The notes under the pieces were generated by a model. That model was given only the letters and a program-made list of their open reading frames with translations, ran no database searches and was not told the DNA's origin. DNA of 32,380 bases from a bacterium (GTDB lineage: Bacteria > Bacillota_I > Bacilli_A > RFN20 > DUOF01). The position numbers and the translations under genes are program-made. Below, piece after piece: positions 8,283-18,631 of the stretch; position 1 is the first letter of the stretch; every line of letters starts with the position of its first letter. The stretch spans positions 1 through 32,380 of the forward strand of contig DUOF01000143.1 in the NCBI GenBank assembly GCA_012839015.1, read 5' to 3'.

Positions 8283-10232
8283 TTAGTGTTTGATTATACT
8301 CTTTATTTTTTTAGTTACACTCTTAACATCAAATTTATAGTCCTTGATAACATCAGATGCTTTACCACTTTTACCAAACGTATCAATTGAAATATTATGT
8401 TTAGCATATTTACCCCAACCAAAACTAGAAGCCATTTCTATTGAAATAGTTTTATCATAGTCTTTAAATATTTTTCTTTTGTATTTAGCATCTTGAACTT
8501 CAAATAGATCAAAAGAAGGCATTGAAATAACATTTACAAGAATCTCATCCTTCTCTAATTCTTGGGCACACTTCATAGCTAAATTAACCTCACTTCCTGT
8601 AGCAACAAGACTATATTTTGCTGTTAGATGCTCATGGACAAAATAAGCCCCTTTAGCAAAGTCTTCTTCACTAACTTCATAAAGCGTTTCTACGTTTTGT
8701 CTAGTTAGTATTATCGCTGTAGGTTTCTTACTTTGGAAGGCTACCTTATAAGCGTGTTTAGTAGTAAGTTCATTACTAGGTCTAATAACTGAGAAGTTAG
8801 GGATGCTTCTAAGCATTGCTAACTGTTCGATTGGTTGATGAGTCGGGCCGTCTTCTCCGACTGCGATTGAATCGTGTGAGAACAGACAGATTAAAGGCAG
8901 TGACATTAAACTAGCTAGTCTTAAAGCAGGTTTTAAATAGTCTGCAAAGACTAGGAACGTACCAATGAATGGTTTAACACCACCATGAAGTAGCATTCCG
9001 TTACTAATACTAGCCATAGCAAATTCTCTTATTCCAAAATTAATGTTTTGGCCAATAAAGTTAGTACTAGTTATAGCACTAGAATGTTCTAGGTATGTTT
9101 TGGTAGAACTAGCCACATCCGCACTACCACCGATAATAAAATCATTGTCTTTGCTTAGTAAATTAAGGAATTTACCCGAGGCATTCCTAGTAGCAATATT
9201 ATTATCTAGATCAATTGGATAATTATCAATTGAAGTGAAATCTATTTCACTATTTATTGCCCTTTCAAATGCTTCATAATCACTAGCATACTTTTCTTTA
9301 TATTGTTCTACTATAGTAAGCCATTTTTCATAGGCTTCTTGACCTCTTTTACCTAAGTTCTCTTTAAAGTCTAGATAAACCTCTTCACTAATTTCAAAAG
9401 GTTCATTGCTGACGCCTAGGCTCTCTCTTAACTGGATTAAATCATCCGCATCAAGTGGTGCTCCATGGGTAAGTGATTTGCCAGCATTGACTGAACCCAT
9501 ACCAATTATTGATTTATACATGATTAGAGTTGGTTTAGTGCTGTTTTTAGCCTTTTTTAGGGCACGTAGTAGTCTTTCAACATCATTACCATCTCTCACC
9601 TTAATAACGTTCCAATTGCAAGCAGTAAAGCGTTTAGGAACATCTTCACTAAATGAATTATTTAAAGGTCCGTCTAGAGTTACATCATTATTATCATATA
9701 AAACAATTAGTTTATTTAGTTTTAGGTGTCCTGCAAGGGAGATTGCTTCTTGAGTTACCCCTTCTTGCATATCTCCGTCTCCACATAAAGCATAAGTATA
9801 ATGATCAATTAGATTTAAATCCTTTTTGTTGTACTTACTCGCTAATATTTGCTCTGCTAGAGCCATACCAACCGCCATCGGTATTCCTTGCCCTAAAGGA
9901 CCACTAGTAGTATCTACTCCTTTAGTAAGTTCAATTTCGGGGTGTCCTGGGGTAATCGAGTTAACTTGTCTAAATTTCTTTAATTCTTCAATACTTATAT
10001 CAAAACCACTTAAATGTAAAATACCATATAGTAATGCAGAAGCATGACCACTTGCCAAAACAAAGCGATCTCGATTAATCCATTTATCTTCGCTTGGGTT
10101 AACATTTATTATATTGTTGTATAAAGCATACATCGCTGGGGCACTACCAAGCGCCATGCCTGGGTGTCCGCTGTTAGCTTTAGAAATAGAGTCCATCGCT
10201 AACATCTTCAACTCATTAATTGATTGGATCAT
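8283..10232 (-). CDS. tkt: Transketolase
   Basis: 649 aa. SGHPGMALGSAP, the ThDP motif GDGDMQEG...NN, and GEDGPTHQPIEQLA. Confidence 0.93.
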   Translation of the reverse strand: MIQSINELKMLAMDSISKANSGHPGMALGSAPAMYALYNNIINVNPSEDKWINRDRFVLASGHASALLYGILHLSGFDISIEELKKFRQVNSITPGHPEIELTKGVDTTSGPLGQGIPMAVGMALAEQILASKYNKKDLNLIDHYTYALCGDGDMQEGVTQEAISLAGHLKLNKLIVLYDNNDVTLDGPLNNSFSEDVPKRFTACNWNVIKVRDGNDVERLLRALKKAKNSTKPTLIMYKSIIGMGSVNAGKSLTHGAPLDADDLIQLRESLGVSNEPFEISEEVYLDFKENLGKRGQEAYEKWLTIVEQYKEKYASDYEAFERAINSEIDFTSIDNYPIDLDNNIATRNASGKFLNLLSKDNDFIIGGSADVASSTKTYLEHSSAITSTNFIGQNINFGIREFAMASISNGMLLHGGVKPFIGTFLVFADYLKPALRLASLMSLPLICLFSHDSIAVGEDGPTHQPIEQLAMLRSIPNFSVIRPSNELTTKHAYKVAFQSKKPTAIILTRQNVETLYEVSEEDFAKGAYFVHEHLTAKYSLVATGSEVNLAMKCAQELEKDEILVNVISMPSFDLFEVQDAKYKRKIFKDYDKTISIEMASSFGWGKYAKHNISIDTFGKSGKASDVIKDYKFDVKSVTKKIKSIIKH

Positions 10233-10408
10233 TCTTTCTTATCCTCTACTTTGTAAGCAGAAAGTTGTTGTTTAAAACCTTCCTTAAATAATTGCAAATA
10301 TTCTTTCCTAAGTTCTTGTTGTTCAATCGTCTCTTCTTTTGTTAAACCACTTGTCTTTTTTTTATTAGCTAGATAGTTTATTCTCTCTATTAATTTTTCG
10401 TCAATCAT
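10229..10408 (-). CDS. UPF0291/DUF896 small protein (YnzC-like), missing from the ORF track (59 aa)
   Basis: Minus-strand ATG at 10408 is preceded by GGAGG. Translation: MIDEKLIERINYLANKKKTSGLTKEETIEQQELRKEYLQLFKEGFKQQLSAYKVEDKKE. It follows the YnzC pattern (I.RIN.LA.K.K..GLT.EE..EQ..LR.EYL..F). The TGA stop overlaps the tkt ATG (ATGA). ynzC-tkt adjacency matches Bacillus. Confidence 0.7.
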   Translation of the reverse strand: MIDEKLIERINYLANKKKTSGLTKEETIEQQELRKEYLQLFKEGFKQQLSAYKVEDKKE

Positions 10409-10479
10409 TCTACTACCTCCAACACTAGTATAACAATTTTAACTTGTTTATTTAATTAATTATCCCTAATTAATTAGTT

Positions 10480-11130
10480 TTACTTTATTTCCTTAGCTTT
10501 AGGGATGATTAGTAATTTATCATCTTTCTCAATAATACAAATATAAATTTCACTTACATCTAAATAACCTTGTTTCTTAATTTCCTTCTTCACCCATTGT
10601 TCATCCTTTTCTGATTGTTTTAAAACAACCTTATCTATTTCACCATCTCTTATAATTGGAAAAGGCACAAGAGTCTTCTCTTTACCTTTTTGAATTACAC
10701 TTAAGACACCAGAGTTCTCTAATACAGCGAACTTTACATCACTTATAGAATCTACCCCCGAGATTCTTAACTGTTGCATCAAATCATCAACGTTATATCT
10801 CTCCTTCTTCATTAGTTTTTGATCAATTTTCCCGTTTTTAATAATAAAGGCGGGGTCTTGTTCTAGGAAGGTTCTTATTTTGTTACTCTTAAGCACTAAG
10901 AGGGAGATGGTTAACTGAGTTAAGACAATAACCATTATCGGTACTAATGCTTCCATAATTTTTTTATCAGGATCTTCGATTGCAACCGAGAAGATATCAG
11001 AAAGCATAAAAAAGACTACTATATCAAAAGCATTTAATTGTCCTACTTCCCTTTTTCCCATTATCCTCAAGAAAAACCATAGACTAGTTAAGAAAACTAA
11101 AGTCTTAATAATTAAATCAACATATCTCAT
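10480..11130 (-). CDS. DUF421 (YetF-like) membrane protein
   Basis: 216 aa. N-terminal TM helices with RIMGKREVGQLNAFDIVVFFMLSDI, and a C-terminal soluble domain, as in YetF/YkjA-type proteins. Confidence 0.7.
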   Translation of the reverse strand: MRYVDLIIKTLVFLTSLWFFLRIMGKREVGQLNAFDIVVFFMLSDIFSVAIEDPDKKIMEALVPIMVIVLTQLTISLLVLKSNKIRTFLEQDPAFIIKNGKIDQKLMKKERYNVDDLMQQLRISGVDSISDVKFAVLENSGVLSVIQKGKEKTLVPFPIIRDGEIDKVVLKQSEKDEQWVKKEIKKQGYLDVSEIYICIIEKDDKLLIIPKAKEIK

Positions 11131-11190
11131 TAACTTTCTCCTTCTAAATAGAAGTAAAAGACATATATTTTACTAGGAGGTATTTCTTTT

Positions 11191-11547
11191 ATGAAAAAAA
11201 CACTTAAATCATATTTAGTAAGTTTAGCTTTTATCTTTCTATCTAGTTTTATTTATTCCCTTATCTTAGCTTTTTTAAAACACAAAAATCTAATTAATGG
11301 TAATGCCCTATATATAACACTTTTAGTATTATCTTTAGGGTCTTTTTTCCTAGGAGCGATGATTCTTGGGATAAAACAAGAGTCAAAGGGACTGCTTAAT
11401 GGATTAGTATTTATAATACTTTATTTTTGTTTATATTTAATTAGTGGTAGTTCACTAGAAGGATTTAGACAAATTCTAATTTTAATCTCAAAAGGCTTAC
11501 TAATACTAATAGGTACAGTATTTGGGGTAAACCTAAAGAAGGCCTAA
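11191..11547 (+). CDS. Small polytopic membrane protein (possibly TIGR04086/YrzE-like)
   Basis: 118 aa with about 4 predicted TM helices. AGGAGG lies 8 nt upstream of the ATG. Family assignment rests only on size, topology and proximity to ruvAB. Confidence 0.55.
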   Translation: MKKTLKSYLVSLAFIFLSSFIYSLILAFLKHKNLINGNALYITLLVLSLGSFFLGAMILGIKQESKGLLNGLVFIILYFCLYLISGSSLEGFRQILILISKGLLILIGTVFGVNLKKA

Positions 11548-11548
11548 A

Positions 11549-12550
11549 TTATAAGAGTCTTTCTTGATAGTCTATTTCTAAGTGTTTATAAGCCTTGTCG
11601 GTAGCTACCCTACCTCTAGGAGTTCGATTAATCATTCCTATTTGGAGTAAGTATGGTTCATAAACATCTTCTAGTGTGGTTACCTCTTCTCCAATAGCAA
11701 GGGCGATTGCCTCTACTCCAACCGGCCCACCCTTGAACCTTTCGATGATTCCTCTTAAATAAGCGATATCTACATCATCTAAACCTAACTCATCTACTTT
11801 TAAAGCAGTGAGGGTTTTTTTGGTTATTTCTTCATTTATTATGCTTAGTTTTTCTACCGTAGCGAAGTCTCTAACCCTCCTGTATAAACGATTGGCCACT
11901 CTAGGGGTACCCCTAGATCTTTTGGCAATCGATACTGAAGAGGCATCCTCGATAGGATAATCAAATACCCTGGCAGTTCTTTTAATTATTTGTTGTAGTT
12001 CTAGTTCATTGTAATATTCAAGTTTAAATACTATTCCAAAACGGTCTCTTAAAGGAGAGGAAAGATCACCTGCTCTAGTGGTTGCGCCCACCAAAGTAAA
12101 CGGGGGTAAATCGATGGTAATTGAACGCGCTTCTCGCTCTTTACCTACTACTAAAGATATTGTAAAATCCTCCATAGCAGAATAAAGCACCTCTTCGACA
12201 ATCCTAGGAAGCCTATGTATTTCATCAATAAAGAGAATATCCCCTGGTGAAAGGGTGGCTAGAATAGCAGCTAAATCACCTGATTTCTCAATTGAAGGTC
12301 CACTAACTACTTTAATATTACCCTTCATTTCATTGGCTATCACATAAGCCAGGGTTGTCTTACCAAGTCCGGGAGGCCCGTATAGTAACACATGATCTAG
12401 GGTCTCTTTCCTATTTAAAGCGGCACTCATAAAGACCCTTAGATTGCTCTTCATATTGCTTTGTCCTACATATTCATCAAGAGTAGCAGGTCTAAGGGCA
12501 ATGTCTTCATTGTCATCCCTTAATTTATTAACTTCAATAATTCTTTCCAC
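11549..12550 (-). CDS. ruvB: Holliday junction branch-migration helicase RuvB
   Basis: 333 aa. Walker [12 protein letters not shown], Walker [10 protein letters not shown], sensor segment [14 protein letters not shown]. Confidence 0.96.
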   Translation of the reverse strand: MERIIEVNKLRDDNEDIALRPATLDEYVGQSNMKSNLRVFMSAALNRKETLDHVLLYGPPGLGKTTLAYVIANEMKGNIKVVSGPSIEKSGDLAAILATLSPGDILFIDEIHRLPRIVEEVLYSAMEDFTISLVVGKEREARSITIDLPPFTLVGATTRAGDLSSPLRDRFGIVFKLEYYNELELQQIIKRTARVFDYPIEDASSVSIAKRSRGTPRVANRLYRRVRDFATVEKLSIINEEITKKTLTALKVDELGLDDVDIAYLRGIIERFKGGPVGVEAIALAIGEEVTTLEDVYEPYLLQIGMINRTPRGRVATDKAYKHLEIDYQERLL

Positions 12551-12561
12551 TTAAATTCCTC

Positions 12562-13131
12562 CTATTTCTTATTTAAAAATTGCAAGGCTTTTAAAATACA
12601 CACATCTACACTTATATTTTCATCTTTTATGCTAGCTAAAGCACGGTCTATTTCACTAACCTTAAAATTTAAAGCCCTCAGCGCTTCTTTAGCTTCTTTA
12701 AAGACTACTGATTCATGAGCTAGGGGAGTGTTTACCTCGACCTTTAATTTACCTTTTAGGTCTAAAATAATCTGTTGTGCAGCCTTTGGTCCAATCCCAG
12801 GTAGTGTCTTTAAATAACCGACATTACCAGTTTCAATTGACTCTGTTAACATTTCAATTGAGCTCCTAGACATGATACCCATCGCTGTTTTAACTCCGAT
12901 GCCTTTAACGCTGATAAGTTTAATAAATGTTTGTTTTTCCTCTAAAGTAGAAAAGCCATATAAACTATTCTCATCTTCCCTTACATGCTGATGTGTATAG
13001 ATCATAACCTCATCATTAAGTTTATAACGCTCACTATTAGATACGAATACTTCGTAACCGATACCATTAACATCGATAATAAGTGAATTAAGCAAAATAT
13101 TGTAAATTGTTCCCCTTAAAAAACTAATCAT
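12562..13131 (-). CDS. ruvA: Holliday junction DNA-binding protein RuvA
   Basis: MISFLRGTIY... start, typical of RuvA, and HhH motifs (GIGVKTA, LPGIGPKAAQQI). ATG at 13131 has AAGGTGA 6 nt upstream. The 11 extra codons in the track are probably not translated. Confidence 0.9.
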   Translation of the reverse strand: MISFLRGTIYNILLNSLIIDVNGIGYEVFVSNSERYKLNDEVMIYTHQHVREDENSLYGFSTLEEKQTFIKLISVKGIGVKTAMGIMSRSSIEMLTESIETGNVGYLKTLPGIGPKAAQQIILDLKGKLKVEVNTPLAHESVVFKEAKEALRALNFKVSEIDRALASIKDENISVDVCILKALQFLNKK

Positions 13132-13194
13132 TTGTATCACCTTAATTATTTTAACATAATACAAACCTTATTTGTCTTATGTTTGTCCTTTAAA

Positions 13195-13225
13195 TAAAAA
13201 AGTTAAGCAGATTAAGCTTAACTTT
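13195..13225 (-). terminator. Intrinsic terminator after the lipoprotein gene
   Basis: Minus strand AAGTTAAGC-ttaatct-GCTTAACTT followed by a T-run. Confidence 0.55.
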
Positions 13226-13252
13226 ATTATAAAACATTAGCCTTTGTTATTA

Positions 13253-13642
13253 CTATGCAGCCGGAATTTCTTTATCAGTTTTTTGATAGTTTTGTGTGTA
13301 TTCATCTTGAGTAAGGTTTAGAGTAGTGTCAGAAGTTAAGTCAATAGCCCATATAATTTTGCCATCTCTTCCCTCAACTAAAAATTCTAGTGTGTTTCCT
13401 TTTCTAGTAAAAGTGTAAGTCTCCTCAGAATGGGAGATTTCCTCACTTGATGCCTTGTAAGTCATTGTTAGTTTATCTTCTTTAAATTCGATGAATGCAT
13501 AATCATAGATCCATCCATTTGAAGTAGAAACCATTTCATACTTTTCATTCAGTTTGTAGTCATTAATATCCTTTTTAAAGCATCCTGTCAAGGCTAACAG
13601 GCTTAAAAAAACAACGAAAATATTTTTAATTATTCTATTCAT
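13253..13642 (-). CDS. Hypothetical lipoprotein
   Basis: 129 aa. Signal peptide with lipobox LALTGC (MNRIIKNIFVVFLSLLALTGC). AAGGAG lies upstream. No recognisable family. Confidence 0.65.
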   Translation of the reverse strand: MNRIIKNIFVVFLSLLALTGCFKKDINDYKLNEKYEMVSTSNGWIYDYAFIEFKEDKLTMTYKASSEEISHSEETYTFTRKGNTLEFLVEGRDGKIIWAIDLTSDTTLNLTQDEYTQNYQKTDKEIPAA

Positions 13643-13736
13643 ACTTTTTCTCCTTAACAGAATAATAACTAAAAAGAAAATATTGTCGATTGTTTTTCAC
13701 CTTAAAATTTGACTGTAATATGTCTATCTAGACAGT

Positions 13737-13763
13737 ATAAAAAAAGGGTGTTTATTCACCCTT
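13737..13763 (-). terminator. Intrinsic terminator of pnp (stop codon lies in the loop)
   Basis: Minus strand AAGGGTG-AATAAA-CACCCTT followed by TTTTTT. Confidence 0.7.
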
Positions 13764-15902
13764 GTCTTCACTTTCTTCTTTAATTAAATCTTTCATGGAA
13801 AGGTTTACTCTTCCCTTGTCATCGATCTCAGTTACGATTACCTTAACTACCTGACCAACCTTTACTACATCACGTGGATTTTCTACTCTTTCATTTCTCA
13901 TCTTAGAAACATGAACTAATCCATCCGTCCCCTCGAATAGTTCTACAAAGGCACCAAAGTTTTCAATTCTAACTACCGTACCCTCATATATTTCACCAAC
14001 TTTGGCTTCTTTAGTTAATTTTTCAATAAACCCAAGTGCTTTTTTGATTGCTGCTATATCTTGGTGATAGATAGTTATTCTACCATCATCTTCGATATCA
14101 ATCTTAACACCATCACATTTTTCAATGATCTCATTGATAACCTTACCACCAGAACCAATAACATCTCTAATCTTGTCTATTCCAATTTTCATTGTAGCAA
14201 CTTTAGGAGCATATTTACCAACTTCTTTTCTAGGTTCATTTATAGTAGCTAACATATTAGCCATGATGGTTTCTCTACCCTTTTTTGCTTGTTCTAGAGC
14301 TTCAGTTAAGATAGATTCATTAATACCTGTTATTTTAATATCCATTTGTAAGGCAGTAATACCATTTTTAGTACCAGCAACTTTAAAGTCCATGTCTCCA
14401 AGGTGATCTTCCATACCTTGAATATCAGTTAGGATTGTATAAGGAGCACCAGAATCTAGTGATCCGTTAGTAATAAGTCCCATAGCTATACCAGCAACCG
14501 GTGACTTAATTGGTACACCGGCAGCCATCAAGGCTAAGCTTGATGCACAAATAGAAGCTTGTGAACTAGAACCATTTGATTCTAAAACTTCACTAACTAT
14601 TCTAATAGTATAAGGGAATTCCTCTTCACTAGGAATAACTTGAAGTAGGGCTCTTTCACCTAGAGCACCATGCCCAATTTCTCTTCTGCCAGGAGAACCC
14701 ATTCTTCCTGTTTCTCCGACGGAGAATGGCGGGAAGTTATAGTGATGCATGAAACGTTTACTTTCTTCTTCGGTAACATTATCAATCTTTTGCTCATCTC
14801 CTTGAGCACCTAGAGTTACTACTGATAGAACTTGAGTTTCTCCTCTAGTGAAAAGAGCACTACCATGAGTTCTAGGAAGAAGATCTATTTGAGAATCTAG
14901 AGGTCTAACCTCTTCAATCCCCCTTCCATCAGGTCTTATCTTATCTTGGGTAATTAGTCTTCTAACTTCTACCTTAACAATATCATCGAGAATGTCTCTT
15001 ACTTGTTTAAGTGTAGCTTTCTTTTCAGTATCGTTTTCATAATTTCTATTAGAATAATCTTCCATAACGCTATCTTTAATATCATCTATAGCGTTATATC
15101 TTTTAAGTTTGCTCTCAGTAATCTTAACTGCTTCTAAAAGTCTATCTTTAGCTAGACTACTTACTTCTTTTTGTAAGTCTTCACTTAGAGTATATAACTC
15201 AACAGTTCTTTTTTCTTTTCCAACTTCCTTAATAATTTCTTCTTGGAAGGCAATTAATTCTTTAATAGCCTCATGACCAAACGCAATCGCCTTTAATATT
15301 GCTTCTTCACTAACTTCTTTAGCTTCTGCTTCAACCATGTTAATCGCGTATTTAGTACCCGCTACTGCTAGGTTGATATCAGATTTTTCCATTTGTTCAA
15401 CACTAGGGTTAATAATATACTTGTTATCTACCCTTCCAACATAAACTCCTGCAACTGGACCATCAAAAGGAATGTCACTTATAGACACTGCCAAACTTGA
15501 ACCAAACATGGCTGTCATCTCTGGAGTTGCATCTTGGTTAACAGATAAAACAGAGTTAACTACTTGAACTTCGTTTCTAAAACCTTCAGGGAACAAAGGG
15601 CGAAGTGGTCTATCAATTAATCTAGCACTCAGTGTTGCATGTTCGCCTGGCCTTCCTTCTCTTCTTAAGAATCCACCAGGGATTCTACCAACTGCATATA
15701 ATTTCTCTTCAAATAAAACAGTTAAAGGAAAAAAGTCTAAATCCTTAGCTTCCCTACTCGCTGTCGCGGTTGAAAGAATTACTGTTTCATCATATCTAAT
15801 TAAAGCTGAACCTCCAGCTTGTTTAGCAATTTCTCCTACTTCTACAATTATTTCTCTACCAGCAAATTCTCTTTTAAATATTTTTTTCGCCACAATTTCC
15901 AC
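13752..15902 (-). CDS. pnp: Polyribonucleotide nucleotidyltransferase (PNPase)
   Basis: 716 aa. Two RNase PH domains ([16 protein letters not shown]), then KH and S1 domains ([20 protein letters not shown]). Collinear with B. subtilis PnpA as I recall it. The start could be GTG 15902 or GTG 15893. Confidence 0.96.
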   Translation of the reverse strand: MEIVAKKIFKREFAGREIIVEVGEIAKQAGGSALIRYDETVILSTATASREAKDLDFFPLTVLFEEKLYAVGRIPGGFLRREGRPGEHATLSARLIDRPLRPLFPEGFRNEVQVVNSVLSVNQDATPEMTAMFGSSLAVSISDIPFDGPVAGVYVGRVDNKYIINPSVEQMEKSDINLAVAGTKYAINMVEAEAKEVSEEAILKAIAFGHEAIKELIAFQEEIIKEVGKEKRTVELYTLSEDLQKEVSSLAKDRLLEAVKITESKLKRYNAIDDIKDSVMEDYSNRNYENDTEKKATLKQVRDILDDIVKVEVRRLITQDKIRPDGRGIEEVRPLDSQIDLLPRTHGSALFTRGETQVLSVVTLGAQGDEQKIDNVTEEESKRFMHHYNFPPFSVGETGRMGSPGRREIGHGALGERALLQVIPSEEEFPYTIRIVSEVLESNGSSSQASICASSLALMAAGVPIKSPVAGIAMGLITNGSLDSGAPYTILTDIQGMEDHLGDMDFKVAGTKNGITALQMDIKITGINESILTEALEQAKKGRETIMANMLATINEPRKEVGKYAPKVATMKIGIDKIRDVIGSGGKVINEIIEKCDGVKIDIEDDGRITIYHQDIAAIKKALGFIEKLTKEAKVGEIYEGTVVRIENFGAFVELFEGTDGLVHVSKMRNERVENPRDVVKVGQVVKVIVTEIDDKGRVNLSMKDLIKEESEDKGE

Positions 15903-16017
15903 CTCTAGGTAATTTTACACCTTTGAAGATGGTTATTCAATCGTTTATCTCCAGTATTTAGTTAATTTGATACATAGCCATAAGTAATTTTAGTTTATGT
16001 TACTTGGTATTATTTAA

Positions 16018-16851
16018 TTAAAATAAACCTCTTAATATCTTATTATTCTCACACATAGCAATAACACTCTTGTATTTATCAACTATAACATATTGTCCCT
16101 TGTATTTTAGTGACTCTGTTTTACCCTGTTTTACTTGCTCAGCAACATCATCGTTTACTTCAATCATTTTATAATTCTTTAGAGCTTCATACATGTTAAT
16201 ACTTTGGAAATTACCATTTTTTATGTCTTCTATACTATTAGCGTCCTTAACTCTAAGCTCAGCAATTGCAGTTCTTTTTAGATAAGAAACATAACCTAAG
16301 TTGCCAAGTTTGCTAGCTATATCCTGTGCCAAAGTCCTGATATAAGTACCTTTAGAACAAACACATCTAAATGTAAGTGTATTAATATCATAATTTATTA
16401 ATTCTAGTTCATAAATTTCTACTTCTCTTGATTTTATTTCTACTTCTTTGTTTTCTCTTGCATATTCATAGAGTCTCTTACCATCTACCTTAAGAGCACT
16501 GTAAATCGGTGGGGTCTGTGAGATGTTACCTACAAAGGAATCTAATACTTTGTCTATTGCCTCAGTGCTGACCTTTTTCACCTCTTGTTCATCACTAAAA
16601 GGTCCTTCTGCATCTAAAGTAAGTGAAGACTTACCAAAAGTTATCGTGGCAATATACTCTTTTATCCCATCTTCAATGAATCTAGCAATTTTGCAAGCCT
16701 TTCCGGTGACTACTATTAAAAGACCCTCAGCCAGTGGGTCTAAGGTCCCGCAGTGACCGACCTTCTTAATACCAAGAGATCTCTTAACTATTCTTACAAC
16801 ATCAGTACTCCCGATACCGACTGGTTTATCTATTAATAAAATTTTATCCAT
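16018..16851 (-). CDS. truB: tRNA pseudouridine-55 synthase TruB
   Basis: GHCGTLDPLAEGLL catalytic-Asp motif. ATG at 16851 lies 9 nt after AAGGAG. The track start at 16860 is a TTG abutting the SD. Confidence 0.9.
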   Translation of the reverse strand: MDKILLIDKPVGIGSTDVVRIVKRSLGIKKVGHCGTLDPLAEGLLIVVTGKACKIARFIEDGIKEYIATITFGKSSLTLDAEGPFSDEQEVKKVSTEAIDKVLDSFVGNISQTPPIYSALKVDGKRLYEYARENKEVEIKSREVEIYELELINYDINTLTFRCVCSKGTYIRTLAQDIASKLGNLGYVSYLKRTAIAELRVKDANSIEDIKNGNFQSINMYEALKNYKMIEVNDDVAEQVKQGKTESLKYKGQYVIVDKYKSVIAMCENNKILRGLF

Positions 16852-16918
16852 AAAATACAACTCCTTGTGTGCTTTTTTGCAGTGTCTATATTATAATTAA
16901 TATTATTATTTAAAGGAA

Positions 16919-17680
16919 GTGTTAGAGTTGTATTATCCAAGAAGTATTATAGCAAGTGTTAGAAGAGCAGATGAAGACTATTCTCTTATAGAAGACGGTG
17001 ATAGAATCGCCGTTGGTATAAGTGGAGGTAAGGATTCCTTACTGCTTTTATACATTCTTAATCTTTATAAAAAAGTAGTCTCTAAAAGAAAACACTTTGA
17101 AGTAATCGGAATCCATATCAAGATGGGTTTTCCTAATATGGATATTACTAAGATGCTTGAATACTATGAAGATCTTGGTATTAAAATTGAAGTCATGCCT
17201 TCAAATACCTATGATATCTTAAAAGCTAATAAGACTAAAGATGGAAAACTTCCTTGCTCTATTTGTTCTAAAATAAAAAAAGCAATTGTTATTGAAGGTG
17301 CTAATAAGTTTAACTGCAATAAGGTGGCCTTTGCTCACCATGCTGATGATGCAATAGAAACATTACTAATGAACTCAATCTTTGGTGGAAAAATCGCCAC
17401 CTTTAAACCTAAAATGTATTTAGACCGTACCGACACCACCTTTATTAGACCATTTGTCTATGTACGTGAAAAAGATATAATACATGCTAGTAATAAATTT
17501 AATTTACCAATAGTAGAATCAACTTGTCCTAATGATAAACACACCGAGAGAGAAAACATGAAGACTCTACTTAATGACTTGTATAATAAATATCCTTCCA
17601 GCAGGAGTAACTTCCTATTAATGTTACACAATCTAGAAAAGTTAGATCTTTGGGTCAAGGAGAAGAAAAAGGACTCCTAA
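16919..17680 (+). CDS. PP-loop ATPase, TtcA-family tRNA thiolase-like
   Basis: SGGKDS PP-loop, CSICSKIKK, AHHADD, and a C-terminal CPNDKHTERE. The start is uncertain: GTG 16919 abuts the SD, so TTG 16928 is possible. Confidence 0.75.
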   Translation: MLELYYPRSIIASVRRADEDYSLIEDGDRIAVGISGGKDSLLLLYILNLYKKVVSKRKHFEVIGIHIKMGFPNMDITKMLEYYEDLGIKIEVMPSNTYDILKANKTKDGKLPCSICSKIKKAIVIEGANKFNCNKVAFAHHADDAIETLLMNSIFGGKIATFKPKMYLDRTDTTFIRPFVYVREKDIIHASNKFNLPIVESTCPNDKHTERENMKTLLNDLYNKYPSSRSNFLLMLHNLEKLDLWVKEKKKDS

Positions 17681-17747
17681 GAGCCCTTCTTCTACTGACA
17701 TTTTAAGTCACTTTTAATCGATAATCAAATTAATGATCATCATCTAT

Positions 17748-17767
17748 GTGTAGACGACTGTCTACAC
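17748..17767. repeat. Palindrome H1: GTGTAGAC-gact-GTCTACAC
   Basis: Perfect 8-bp inverted repeat in the convergent intergenic gap. No flanking T-run on either strand. Confidence 0.8.
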
Positions 17768-17807
17768 TATAATTATAGCCGGAATTTATCATCATATACC
17801 GATTATT

Positions 17808-18179
17808 TTATCTAGTTATATTAACCTCAACTTCGTTTTCTTCTTCCCTAGATAATCTTTCACTAGTTTTCTTGAACAATATTCCAAAAGCTTGTTTTGG
17901 ATCTAATTCTTTAATGTCTCTTATTTTTGTATTTTCTAATTCCCTTATATATTCTAGATAACTACTATATAAATTATCATAAAAATTATAACCAAATTCT
18001 TCTCTGCAATCAAAGACGGCATTTAATAGTTGACTCTTAAAATCTTTTGCTTTCTTTACTGTTACATTGCCTAGGTCACTTTTATCATTATAAAGTTTAA
18101 CCATTCCCTCAGGATCTAGAGAAATTGATTTCATGTTATCAATTATCTTTTGATATTCTTCCAGGATGTTCCTTTTCAA
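17808..18179 (-). CDS. Hypothetical acidic helical protein (second half of a split ORF pair)
   Basis: Open frame of 123 codons. The track start is a TTG at 18179 with no good SD. The first ATG is at 18134. It overlaps the upstream ORF by 41 nt in a different frame. Confidence 0.4.
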   Translation of the reverse strand: MKRNILEEYQKIIDNMKSISLDPEGMVKLYNDKSDLGNVTVKKAKDFKSQLLNAVFDCREEFGYNFYDNLYSSYLEYIRELENTKIRDIKELDPKQAFGILFKKTSERLSREEENEVEVNITR

Positions 18180-18435
18180 AACTCTCTAGCATCTTAACTT
18201 TAACAAAGTCATAGTTTAATTTAGAAAGTTCTACTTGTTGGCTACCATCCTTATAAAATTTATCGATAGCTTCTCTTACATCTAAAAACTCATTAAGGGT
18301 TATCTCATCACCGACACTTAAATAAGCTTCATATTTAGGAGCAGCATGTTCAATATAATGTTCAATCATTCTAATCCTATCATTCATATACTCTTGTTGT
18401 TTAATTCTCTCTTTTCTTCTCTTAGATCCAAACAC
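18139..18435 (-). CDS. Hypothetical protein (first half of a split ORF pair)
   Basis: 98 codons from GTG 18435, with GGAGG (18449..18445) 9 nt upstream. Basic N-terminus (FGSKRRKERIKQQ). No family recognised. Confidence 0.4.
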   Translation of the reverse strand: MFGSKRRKERIKQQEYMNDRIRMIEHYIEHAAPKYEAYLSVGDEITLNEFLDVREAIDKFYKDGSQQVELSKLNYDFVKVKMLESFEKEHPGRISKDN

Positions 18436-18609
18436 ATTATTATTCCTCCGATTAATTTATAATTCAATTACAAAATTATCTGAACTAGTAGTCAAATACA
18501 ATATTTAAATTCATCTATTATATGAAAAATACTCGCTTGAGTCTTTTCCATTCATGGCTTTAAACCATTCCGACCACTTTAATAATCGACCTTTATAAAA
18601 AAGGGTTTC

Positions 18610-18631
18610 TTGTAGATAATCATATCTACAA
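18610..18631. repeat. Palindrome H2: TTGTAGATA-atca-TATCTACAA
   Basis: Perfect 9-bp inverted repeat about 175 nt upstream of the 98-codon ORF. Confidence 0.8.

Noticed and set aside
9406-10047. Three plus-strand ORFs (73-115 aa) inside tkt, and the minus-strand ORF 7182-7379 inside plsY
   Set aside because: They are antisense to strongly supported genes. This is typical of stop-poor antisense frames, and nothing independently supports them.
13712-13736. Palindrome TGTCTA-tc-TAGACA (with outer ACTGT/ACAGT) upstream of the lipoprotein gene, as a possible fourth member of the TGTAGA…TCTACA family
   Set aside because: The half-sites are in the opposite relative order (GTCTA…TAGAC versus TAGAC…GTCTA), so it is not the same element. 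It may be an unrelated operator, and a single occurrence is too weak to call.
15911-15939. TTGAAT-17-TAAAAT promoter-like element upstream of pnp
   Set aside because: The predicted start site would fall on or after the SD, only a few nt from the GTG start. That leaves no functional leader. It is probably fortuitous in AT-rich DNA, or the start codon assignment would need revision.
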